Shown here: positions 1 to 10,806 of the stretch, piece after piece
How the letters are laid out: every line of letters begins with the position of its first letter
Numbering within the stretch: position 1 is the first letter of the stretch
Origin: Dimorphilus gyrociliatus
Lineage: Eukaryota > Animalia > Annelida
Direction: 5' to 3'
Length of the DNA stretch: 44,949 nucleotides
Assembly (NCBI GenBank): GCA_904063045.1
Contig: CAJFCJ010000005.1
Location: 95,011-139,959, forward strand
The notes under the pieces: model-generated
Seen by the model: only the letters and a program-made list of their open reading frames with translations
Told to the model about the DNA's origin: nothing
Databases searched by the model: none
Program-made: the position numbers and the translations under genes

Positions 1-292
1 CTCCTTCATTTTGTTGAAAATTTTGAAATAAAGATTACTGTAAAGTTAGAAAACTTTTTGAAAAAGTTTTATCTATAAATTTCGTTGTATAAATATCTTA
101 TCCTTCATTCTAAACAAAAAGATTTAATTAAGCAAGTCCTGTTGGTTAAATAATTCACTTTTTCCAATCTAACAACAACCCTGGCAGAGACTTTATATCA
201 GTACTGTATATGTGGTGAGATTTCTGTACAATTATGTCATATACCAGAACTTTTGAAACAATGATATCAAATGCAGTAAAAAGTGACATATA

Positions 293-1794
293 AAGTGAAG
301 GTCTAAAATACCCGGACACCGTAAATTGTGATAGGCTGAAGATTAAAAATCTTTTTCTTGATCAAAAAAGAATTTTTTTTCTATTTTGTAGCAATGAAAT
401 ATTAGGCGAAACTTGGATCTACATAGAAATTTCTATCAAATAGTGTTTAGATAAGTTTTTACATAATTTTTTTCATTTTTATATAGTGTATATTTTCATA
501 AGTTTTTTTCTTATTTGGCCGTGAGTCACATTATTCAGGACAATGGTTGGAGGACTAATATTTTTACTACTTCTGTATTTCGTGACCTTCTTTCTCAATG
601 CATGTACTGATCCTACCCCCATTCCATCATACAGATTTGGTAGCAAGTCAGGATTTTTGTTCATCCTGAATGCCCTGCTGGTAACTCTTGCAGTATGGCA
701 CCCAGCATTATCCTGCTGGAAGATATAATCTCTCCCCATTTTATCTGAGATTTCTTCTATAACTGGGAGAACATCTTTGACCACAAATGTAGCATAGTTT
801 TGGGCATTCAATCTTTTGCTTACTCTCCATACCTCAAACACACCATCCGAGGTTATCAGTCCCCAAACCATTACTCCACCTCTGCCCATATTTTTTGTTA
901 ATCTCATCTCTTTTTCCCTGTTATTTGTCCAGGTCCTGAAGTTGTCAGGACCACTCAATGAAAACCTTGCCTCATCTGTAAATATGACTCTTGACCAATC
1001 TAAGTTATCTCGAATAGTTTTTAAACAATACTGTTTCCTTCTTTTGCAGTCATTGCTTGTGAGATCAACTCTTTGTCGAATTCGTTTATAACAAAAATTT
1101 TGCAATTTCAACTCTCTCTGAATTGTCTTCAGGCCTACATCTACCTCTAATTCATTTAAAATCTTCCTAGCAGTCACCCTTTCCTTGTTTCTTTTAAGTC
1201 TCTTCACAATCCTATTCATTCTAGCTACATCTCTTTCTGTGAGTCTCTTTGGATGACCCCTATTCTCTTGTTTGGGTGGCTTATACCTTAAAATGTCACT
1301 AACTGTAGATGATACCATTCCCAAAGCCCATGCAGTTTCCCTTACTTTCCCCAATTCTTCATATTTCTGGATTACCAGGTTCCTAACCTCTTTTCCCCAT
1401 GCCATAATGAAATAAATGATATAAAAATTAACCAAAGTAGGTAAAATAGATAATAAGTAATCAACTTAACTTGGAAAATTAATTTTGCTTTAAAAAAATT
1501 TCAGTTTAAGACATCTATTCAAATGCAAAACTGGATGTAATCCGGATGTATGGTTAATTTGGACTTATGGCCAAATAAAGAAAAAAACAATAAAAATTAA
1601 TAAAAAAATTTTGCTAATAATTTTCACAAATATGATAATTTTCTATAATTTTTTTCAGTATTACATAAATATAACTCTTTCTTCATGGAAATTTAGACAA
1701 AAAAACCAATTTAAAACAAAGATAACATTTTTGGGGTGTTTTCAAAATTGGCTTATCAAAATTTCCAGTGTCCGGGTATTTTAGGCCTTGACTT
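293..1794 (-). mobile_element. Tc1-like DNA transposon, full length by its ends, with a defective transposase
   Basis: Terminal inverted repeats: aagtgaaggtctaaaatacccggacac (293-319) vs the reverse complement of 1768-1794, 25/27 identical, with similarity continuing to about 45 bp. TA flanks at 291-292 and 1795-1796. Encloses a transposase ORF. Confidence 0.92.
479..1405 (-). pseudogene. Tc1 transposase missing the C-terminal WPxxSPDLNPIE catalytic segment
   Basis: N-terminal HTH with RGHPKRLTERD, VIFTDEARFSLSGPD (D1), GGVMVWG, FQQDNAGCH (D2). The sequence then runs to ...YDG without the SPDLxPIE motif seen in the 24.8-kb relative. The likely ATG is at 1405. Confidence 0.85.
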
Positions 1795-2355
1795 TATTTA
1801 GAAGAATCTAAACAAACAATTAGGGATAATGTATTTAAAGAATATATTATTTGCAAGCGATGGAACAACTTTTTGTTGTCTATAGAAAATGGCTTTATTA
1901 AATTTGGCAAAGCTATAATAGACTATTTAAATGTTATGTTGAGATCTAATTTTCAAAAAAATTGTTGAGATCCCCTAATATCACTCCGGAATACAGTTGC
2001 TGGTTTAAATCGTAAATTACGAATAAATGATATTGGTTTAAAACATCCTCACTAATATCTTCAAATATTTGCAGAAGGAAGAATTATTACTGTAAATCAG
2101 CAAAACACTTGTTAAGAGACTCAAAGTGAATATCTATCGGACAAGTTACATTCAACTTGTGTAAATTTAAGAAAAAGTTGTAAAAAAAATATTAATTAAG
2201 AGTAAAAGTCAAAATGACAAAAAATTTCATTCTAAAACTAACTTACCGGAAGTGACTTAAAAATTTGGAAAAAATATTACAAAATTTTTAAAGTGAATAT
2301 ATTTTATAAGAATTTAAATTCAAAACAAACTATTGCATGCTGTGTAATCTACATT

Positions 2356-2457
2356 AAATAAGCCATTTAAAATTCAAACATTTGTTTATAGGTTTGAGTA
2401 GAACCAGTACTGTTAAAAACTTGTAAAGTCATAAAATGGCGGAGAAAGACCAGTACA
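2356..2457 (+). repeat. Diverged remnant of the 3' (U5) end of an LTR related to the Gypsy LTR at 13778/22480
   Basis: aataagccatttaaaattcaaacatttgtttataggtttgagtagaaccagtactgtta...cagtaca aligns by eye with LTR 14314-14412 (aataaaccattttaatttaaacatttgtttaaaggttcgagtagaaccagtattgtta...cagtaca). Confidence 0.8.
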
Positions 2458-2559
2458 GTTTGAAGTGGAAATTTTGAAAGTCAAGAAAAAATATTACCAA
2501 GCCAGTAGAGTAAGATTAGCAAAAAGACAACCTGTTGCTATCAATACAGTTAACTCTCG

Positions 2560-3330
2560 AAAGAAAAAAAGACTACAGGAACACTTTTTATCAGGGAATC
2601 AATATCTTACACAATATTCGGATTATACCGTCTTAATTTGGTACAAGCAAACACATCTATAATAAATGCAAATTTAGCCCAAAAATTAATCCTAAAATAG
2701 GACAAAAATTTTTTGGTGAGGTTTCACCCTGGAAAACTGTCTGATATTTTGAATGCATAAAGCTTGTTGGATACTACTCATGCCCAGACTGTGTATTTGC
2801 CAATCTATAGTTCAAGCTTAGTCCATATTGAACTCCTGGAGTATGGGGAAGTAGTCAACTCCATACAATATGTTTCATCTATGAACCAGTGATTTTGATT
2901 TGCCAAGTAAATCAACATGACGATTTTGGTAAAAAGAGGATGCTGTTGTTGTTTTCATAAATGTCATTTTTTAAGAAATCAACAGAAATGAAATCTTTAT
3001 TTAATTCACTTCCCTTGGTTCATAGGGCCTAAATTTTTGTCTTGGAAAATTTCCAACTCTTTCCAAAGAGTCAATATTTGGCAGAGTATGAGTTTGTTCT
3101 TTATGTTCAAAGAGATCTGTTTCAGACATTCTTGTTCCACTTTAATGTGCGTCAATCTAGCACATATCTCTTAAATCTTTTTTTATTATTATGTATGATG
3201 ATACATTTCCATTTGCTCTATGAATGTGTTCTTTTCTCCTCTCCATCAATTAATTTTCCAGCAGGATACGCCTGCTTTTTGGCTATTTTGCTGTACTTTT
3301 AGAAGTTTCATCTGTTGGCATGAGTGAATA
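2560..3330 (-). pseudogene. Heavily decayed MULE (Mutator) transposase remnant; boundaries approximate
   Basis: Minus-strand frames give RPYEPREV..DFISVDFLKNDI, NHWFIDETY, EFNMD*, WQIHSLG in the same order as the MULE motifs RPKEP..DFLQSDI, W..DGTF, MDFE, RKIQELG. Many stops and frameshifts. Confidence 0.5.
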
Positions 3331-3645
3331 AAATTTTGAATAAAACAGTTACTATAAATCAGGTATTTTTATTTAGACATTCTGTTATATCTGTATCAAA
3401 GCATGCGTGTGAAGATTGTGGTAGAATCTTGACGAAATGAACTACTGTTAAATCATTTATAAAACGTAATAATTGAATTTTTAATGAAGTTTTAAATTGT
3501 TTTTTAAAGATGGAAATTAATAAAGAATTGTATGAAAAAGGCAATCATTGATGAGTTCTATTGCTTTTATGCATAGTAATTAAGGTTGAGAAAACTGAAA
3601 ATAGAAAATTTGGTCTTATTTTTTATTATTTTTATTTATTTCAAT

Positions 3646-4765
3646 TCATAAAATTCCATCGGAAATGCTGGTTGGAAAGTAACTCAGAGGAACTATAACA
3701 TATTTTGCCAAATTACCAACTGAATATCTATTTTTAGGCCATACTGAAAGAATGGAATGTTCGTATGCATCAGTAACGTAATCTATTCTATCACTTAATG
3801 GAATTTTACCAAGCTGTCGCCAAACTAAAAAAATGATGTTGTTTGTATATGGTAAAGATGAAAAGGTAACAAAATTACTTACAAGTATTAAGATAATCAT
3901 TTTCAGTTGGATATTTTTCTTTTGTAAATTTTGATACTCTTTTATATCCATCTTTAACACTATTTTCAAGAGCTCTATTTACAGATAGGGTAGTTGAAAA
4001 ATGCTGAGGTTCAATTGTATGAACAGAAACATTCCAATCATATTTTTTCAATTGAAAACTGTTTAATATGAAAATTTATACAATAAATGTATGAATATTT
4101 ATCATAGTTTTTTTTACCTTAAAATGCTTGATAAACCCTCAATACAATATTTAGAAATACCATATAAGAAATATACAGATGGAACTCTTCCAGCCATTGA
4201 TCCCATATTTATTATTCTGCCTTTTCCCATATGTAACAATTCAAGAAATTTAAAACAAAGTACTGCTGGTCCAACAGTATTTACTTTTAAAACTTCTGTT
4301 AAATCTGACATTAATAAAGTCTCTGGCGAACCAAAATCTTTTCCAAGGATTCCTGCATTATTCACTAAGGCATGCAAACCTTTATCACCAACTTTTTTTG
4401 TAATCATTTCCTTTAAGTTATCAATTTCATCTTCATTAGTAACATTTAGAATGTAAGTTGTTAACTTCATTGAACAACATTCAGATAATTGTTTAGCTCC
4501 ATCTTCAGTTAGACAAGTTGCTATAACATTTATTCCTTTATTATCTAAACTTTTTGCAAGTAAATTTCCAAATCCTTGAAAAAAGTGTTTGAATAGAAAT
4601 TTTCTAAGAAATAACATCAAAACAATAAAATATTTTACCTGTGTCGCATCCTGTTATCAAAACATACTTATCTTCTATATCAGGTATATAAAATGACCTG
4701 AGAAATTGTTCTATATATCTTATTAAAAATATAAGAACACCAATCAAAAATAATGTAATGAACAT
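3646..4765 (-). CDS. Short-chain dehydrogenase/reductase, retinol dehydrogenase / 17-beta-HSD6-like; 4 exons (4765-4639, 4574-4118, 4058-3883, about 3824-3646)
   Basis: N-terminal hydrophobic anchor, YVLITGCDTGFG NAD(P) motif split by a 64-nt intron, LVNNAG, catalytic YGISK, VSVHTIEP, DAYEHSILSVWPKNRYSVG. GT-AG introns keep the frame. Confidence 0.9.
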
Positions 4766-5585
4766 ACTTTATAAGTATACACCGTAGTATGTTGTAGTGC
4801 ACTGCATCCAGATAATTTAATTCACCCTTATCCGTGTTTAACACGTGACCATTTATTTCTTTAAAAAATGGCCTCCCATCTGATTTTTTCCCGATAGATA
4901 AGAGAGTAAATTTTTATATATAAATTGATTAAATCTATTAGATTAACCTTATCTAACCCTATGCTAACCTGGATTATTGTGAAAAATGTAGGAAATCAAT
5001 TATATTACAAATAATACAAAATGAAACAGATGTTAGTTGTTTTCAATGAATTTATACAACTCAATTAAATAGTATTTTTTGAATGTATTCAATTTTAATG
5101 AATGCTCAATTAAAGCTCGATAATTATTCAGTCTTTGGTATGCAAAAAATATCCGAGTAGGCTAAGTAAGTTTAAGGTAACAGTTTTTCATGTCTAAAAG
5201 AAAATTTGTTACATGTTAAATATGATCTCATCAGAATTTCAGCTTTTTAAATCTTTATTGATACAACAAGTCAAAATGAAAAGTACTTACTTTTATGGAC
5301 ACTGCATGTTTCAGATTAGAAACATTTTTCATTCTAATTCCTAATTCTAACAACCACTCTTATAACCATATTTTAGACAATAAAGTTATACTATTAACCT
5401 TTTTATAACCATTAAACATTTCTGTTCCTCAATTCTCTCTTAGAATACTGAGTGTCTATCTGTATATAGATAACAACGCATCAAGATTAATTTTTAAGTG
5501 TAAACAGAGTTAGATCTTCAATAAGGCTAAATAACAAAGTATTTAATTAGCAGATTTGCTTATCCAATATTAATGAAAGTAAACA

Positions 5586-7394
5586 ATGGATGTAACTGCT
5601 ATTAAAAATATGGAAAGTGGCTTTTTTAATATTTGCCAAAGACTTAAACAATTGTCAAAAACATTAAAATTTCTTGATTTCCCAAAATGTGTATTAAATG
5701 AAGAACGATGTAAAATATTGCAGAATTTGCTCAGGAATTGTTGTAGTGTAGAAATAATGAATTTATCATACAACAAGGAAATGGGAAGTGGATTTTTTAA
5801 TATTTGTGAGGGACTTCAACAATCAGTAAAAACATTAAAGTTTGTTGATTTGGCTGGCTGTGACTTGAATAAAGAACAAAGTAAAGAATTTGGAAATCTC
5901 CTTAAATATTGTTCCAAAATTGAAGGAATTGATTTATCATTTAATGATAAAATGGGAAGTGGGTTTTTTGATATTTGTGAAGGATTACAGCAGTCATCAG
6001 AAACATTAAAGTTTGTTAACTTCTCTTCCTGTGATTTGAATGAAGAACAAGGGACAAAGTTTGGAAATCTCCTCAAATATTGTTCCAAAATAGAAAAAAT
6101 AAATATAAATTGCAATGACTGGGTGGAATGTGGATTTTTCGATATTTGTAAAGGGCTTCAACAATCATCTGAAATACTAAAATTTATAAAATTAGCTTCC
6201 TGTGATTTAAGAGAAGAACAAAGTAAAGAATTTGGAAATCTCCTCAAATATTGTTCCAGGATAGAAGGAATTGATTTATCAGGTAACAATGAAATGAAAA
6301 GTGGGTTTTTTAGTATTTGTGAAGGACTTCAACAATCATCACAAACATTAACATTTGTTAACTTCTCTTCCTGTGATTTGGGAGAAGAACAAAGTAGAAA
6401 GTTTGGAAATCTCCTCAAATATTGTTCCAAAATAGAAAAATTTGATTTATCATGTAACAGTGAAATGGAAAGTGGATTTTTTGGTATTTGTGATGGTCTT
6501 CAAAAATCAGCAGAGACATTAAAGTTTCTTAATTTGTCTTACTGCAGTTTGAGTAACGAACAAAGTACAAAACTTGGATATCTCTTCAAATATTGTTCCA
6601 AAATTGAAGGAATAGATTTATCATTTAATGATGACATGGGAAGGGGTTTTTGTGATATTTGTGAAGGGCTTCAAGAATCATCAAAAATGCTAAAACTTCT
6701 TAAGTTGTCCTCCTGTGAATTGAGTGAAGAACAAAGCAAAGAATTTGGAAATCTACTGAAATATTGTTCCAATATAGAAAAAATTGATTTATCATTTAAT
6801 GATAAAATAGGAAGTAGATTTTTTGATATTTTTAAAGGACTTCAACAATCATCAGAGGCATTAAAGTTCGTTAATTTGACTGCTTGTGATTTGAGTGAAG
6901 AACAAAGTACGGAATTTGGAAATCTTTTGAAAATTTGCTCAAAAATTGAAAGAATTGATTTATATATTAATCAAATTATGGAAAGTGGGTTTTTTAATAT
7001 TTGTGAAGGACTTCAACAATCATCACAAACATTACTGTTTGTTAATTTGTCTTACTGTAGTTTGAAAGAAGAGCAATGTATACAATTTGGAAATCTCCTC
7101 AAAAAATGTTCCAAGATAGAAGGAATTGATTTATCAGGTAACAATGAAATGGAAAGTGGGTTTTTTAGTATTTGTGAAGGACTTCTACAATCATCAAAGA
7201 CATTGAAGTGTGTTAACTTGTCTAACTGCAGTTTGAGTAAGGAACAAAGTACGGAATTTGAAAATCTTCAAAAATATTGTTCAAAGTTAGAAATAATAAA
7301 TTCAAATAGTAATATGTTAAAGGAAAATGGATTTTTTAATATTTGTGAAGGACTTCAACAATCATTGAAAGCAATAGAATTTATTAACTTTTAA
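5586..7394 (+). CDS. Intronless ribonuclease-inhibitor-type LRR protein built from about 10.5 tandem 57-aa (171-bp) units
   Basis: GNLLKYCS recurs every 171 bp (5892, 6063, 6234 ...). Each unit holds two LxxLxLxxN/C motifs. A degenerate repeat with stops precedes the ATG, so the 5' end may be decayed. Confidence 0.85.
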   Translation: MDVTAIKNMESGFFNICQRLKQLSKTLKFLDFPKCVLNEERCKILQNLLRNCCSVEIMNLSYNKEMGSGFFNICEGLQQSVKTLKFVDLAGCDLNKEQSKEFGNLLKYCSKIEGIDLSFNDKMGSGFFDICEGLQQSSETLKFVNFSSCDLNEEQGTKFGNLLKYCSKIEKININCNDWVECGFFDICKGLQQSSEILKFIKLASCDLREEQSKEFGNLLKYCSRIEGIDLSGNNEMKSGFFSICEGLQQSSQTLTFVNFSSCDLGEEQSRKFGNLLKYCSKIEKFDLSCNSEMESGFFGICDGLQKSAETLKFLNLSYCSLSNEQSTKLGYLFKYCSKIEGIDLSFNDDMGRGFCDICEGLQESSKMLKLLKLSSCELSEEQSKEFGNLLKYCSNIEKIDLSFNDKIGSRFFDIFKGLQQSSEALKFVNLTACDLSEEQSTEFGNLLKICSKIERIDLYINQIMESGFFNICEGLQQSSQTLLFVNLSYCSLKEEQCIQFGNLLKKCSKIEGIDLSGNNEMESGFFSICEGLLQSSKTLKCVNLSNCSLSKEQSTEFENLQKYCSKLEIINSNSNMLKENGFFNICEGLQQSLKAIEFINF

Positions 7395-8401
7395 CTATCT
7401 GTTATTTAAAAAAGTTTAAATATCTTAAGTAGAGAATATGAATTATAAAGAAGAGAAGTTTATTGGTCTCTCTCAAACATTAAATGATAGTTAGTTCTCT
7501 AGAATTATTTATTACATGTTAGTTTTAAGTGAAAATCTACCTTTTCTGGTTAAAAACCAAGGAGCAACTATTTTGAACAAGTAAGGGCTAATTTTGCGAA
7601 ATTAACACATTTTCGCTAAAATTGATTTTGATTATTGCCCTAAAGATCTAATTTTTCAATTGTAGAACGTTTTTGTAGCATATTTCCAAAACTTTATATA
7701 TATATTTAAAAAATATATAAGATTATATAAACTGTAAAAATTTAATAGTTCTAACTGTCAACCAATATATTCTTTCTATTAGCTTCCAAAGTGGAAAAAA
7801 AAGAGAAACAGAACTCTCATATTTCAACACTCTTAATTGATTTTGGGAAGCAGTTAAAGAAAAAATCAATTTTTAAAAGTAATTTTCAATAGAAAATTTG
7901 TTTAAAAGCATTCCTTCATACTCGACCTACTGGACTTTTGTCACTGTCTCTTTTAAATTTAACATTGGTCACTTTTCAGGATCCACTATTCTGTTTAAAA
8001 TAGTGATAGGTTTGAGGATCTTTTTAAAAGAGTTTCTCTTCAGATGTTTTTATTATTTATAGATAAAGATTCTTACATGTGTTTTTGTTTTGAGCTCTCA
8101 TCATAGAAGTAAGGTCAGCCTCTCTTTTCAGCCCATCAACAATCAAATAAAATAATAAATTTGAACCAATATTTTTTTGGTGACTAGATCTTGGCAAAGA
8201 TGTTTTTTTCATTTTTACTTGTTCACTAAGGTTATTGGAAAGTATTCGCTACATTAGTTAATTATAGCACAAAGTTTGAAATATTTTAATTGTACTCAAT
8301 ATGAGGATCAACCTGAGAGTTTTACCCATTTGTGTCTTACAGCTAAAAAAAAATTACATAATATGTTTTGTCATAAATATTAATTAATGTCTTATGTATG
8401 T

Positions 8402-9150
8402 CTATATAGCTTCGAATTCCCTATTATTGTCAATGCATGTTTGACACCTGACAGGAAGCATATCAATTCCTTTGACGAAGTATTTAAGCAATTTGGACCT
8501 GAAAAATGCCTTTATTGCATTTTGTAATTCCTCATCATTCTCATATATTTCACCCCAGAGATTGTCCTTTAATTTCCAGAAAAGATAATAGTCTGATGGC
8601 GCCAGGTATGGACTGTAGCCTGGATGAGGCAAGATTACCCATCCAGTTGTTCTAAGATATTGAGTAGTTTGTAAGCTTGTATGAGATCTGGCATTATCTT
8701 GTAATAAAATCACCTCTTTACCAGGCATGATTCTATTTATTCTTTGTTTTAATCTCTTTAAAAAGCTGACTTAAATCTCTGAATTCATTCTGACTTGCAC
8801 ACTTAAAAGTTCTAGGTGAATAAGCCTTCCTTGTCCCAAAACATACATGTCATCAGTTTGTCTGCAGACTTACCTGTCTCTAACCTTTTTTGGTGATGAA
8901 GAAAACTTTGTATGATACTCTAAAGAAACTCTTTTAGTCAATGATTTATGATAGAATACCCATGTTTCCAAAAAAAAGCTTTCAGTTGCCTGTGAATATC
9001 GATTGCAATAACTTACTGTGAAGCAAGAAATTGAATAATTACTCTTTGCTTTATACCATCATCCATACCGTGCCACCACTGAAGTGTCAATAACTTTTCA
9101 TTCAGGGATCACAAGTTGTGAAAGTTTTTTAGTGATAGTGCATTAATGAA
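8402..9150 (-). pseudogene. Mariner (DD34D) transposase remnant; 5' boundary approximate
   Basis: LLQDNARSH...HPGYSPYLAPSDYYLF with 34 residues between D2 and D3. An upstream ETWVFYH motif near 8960 lies in a broken frame. Confidence 0.85.
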
Positions 9151-9255
9151 TTGACCTTCTATTAATAATGATAACATAGGCCTACAATGTACTGTTTTAA
9201 AATTACAGGGAAATAGGTAAAACTTTAAGGTTGATCCTAATATAACAAACATATA

Positions 9256-10677
9256 TTATTTAATTGGGATCAAGTCTTTTAAACTTCTCCGCATCTCTTT
9301 TTCATCTGACGTTTTTAGTAGAACGTTTCTGATCTTCCCATCGTCAGACTTAATCAAATGAGATATCTTTGCTTTCTTATATTCAACCCTATTTCTGTCA
9401 TTCTTAACTAACACTTTTTGTCCAATATAAGGCCTTTCTCTCTTTTCATCTTCTCTAACTTCTCTCATAACTTCTTCCAACATTTCTCTGTTCCATTTGA
9501 AACAAATCTTCTTCCAATTGTCCCTGGCTTTCTTGGAGTTTCGCCAGTTTGCCATTAAGTCTCCATAATATTTAATGAGAGTTTTCGGGCTTAGTACTTC
9601 TTGATCCGGGTCTTTCATGAGTGCTGTAAGGGGTTTCCTGGAGACAGCTTCCTCAGCAACTGCGAGTAGGCTTCTCCAACTTTCTTCTTTAAAACAATTC
9701 TTTAGGTAAGGATACAGAATCCATTTCACAGTTCTTATTGATCGTTCCCATAAGCCTCCTTGATACGGAGCTCTAGGGCTTGTAAATTTCCAGTTTCCAT
9801 TAAAGTTTTTTGAAACTTGGGCAAAGGTTGCTGCATTGTCCAATCTAATGTTTGTTATTGGTCCTCTTAAATATCTTATTCTCAGTAAAGCTAACTGAAC
9901 ACTATTCTTGTTAATAGATTCCATTAGTTCTAATGCGACAGCCTTTGTTTTTAAGCATACTCCTATAAGGACATATCTTTTTTCACTGTTTTTATTCTTG
10001 AATGGTCCGAACACATCTATTCCGATTGATTTGAAGGGAATCGGTTCACCCATAATTTGATCCTTACACTGTTGATTTCCATCATATTGGAACCTTTTGT
10101 TTTTCCTCCACTCCTCACACTCCTGGCACTTATCATAAACGTCATTTGCTAACACTACCTCTCCAACTGTCCAGAACAAATGCCTCAATCTATGTCGCAT
10201 GGCATTAGGTCCAGAATGGCCAGTTCTTAAATGTACATATTTCATAAGTACTCTCGCTACACTCATATTTTTATGCAATAAGGTTCTAGTTTGTTTATCT
10301 CTTAAAACAACTTCCAAATGTCCCCATTCATTTCTGGTCAATTTTAATTTTTCCATTACTGCAGATGGTATAATTTTCTGTTCCTTTGTTTTTCTCTCAT
10401 TAATTACTGAAGTAAATTTATTGGGATCACCTGCTACTTCTCTTCTGAAATTGCTTTCTTGTTCCCATGGCAAGATCACCTTCCCCAGAAGGACTGTTTG
10501 AACACTTTCTCTCTCTGCTGCATCTTCCAAACTGAACCAATTGTCCTTTAAAGAAAAATCTCTTAATTTTGACAATTTATCAGCCAGATTATTCTCTGTG
10601 GGTACATATTCCCATTGATAATCCTCAGTATGATTAAGAATTTTCTTGACTCTTTCTCTCTCGAATCGTAGTATCAT
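9256..10677 (-). mobile_element. BEL/Pao retrotransposon fragment: end of RNase H plus complete integrase ORF, no LTR seen
   Basis: WEYVPTENNLAD, H-x4-H...C-x2-C zinc finger, SIGIDVFGP, RLDNAATF, SPRAPYQGGLWERSIRTVK, and the BEL-type C-terminus SDDGKIRNVLLKT...RRSLKDLIPI. Confidence 0.88.
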
Positions 10678-10806
10678 CCCTAGCTTTCAATTCTGACTAT
10701 TCATTAATTCTTTTGAAAAGTAATAAAATATTAAATTTTACAACCAAAATAAAAAATTGATTTTTAAATCATTGTCATTAAAATTTCCCTTTTATAACAA
10801 AATTCA

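Noticed and set aside
543-1091. Small opposite-strand ORFs (also 4091-4456, 5570-6115, 10199-10501, 19707-20087, 32174-32494, 33632-33949, 42606-42845 and similar)
   Set aside because: Antisense shadows of well-supported coding regions with no motifs of their own.
5586-7394. 171-bp tandem period, equal to primate alpha-satellite length
   Set aside because: Coincidence: the units are 57-codon LRR pairs in an open frame, not satellite DNA.
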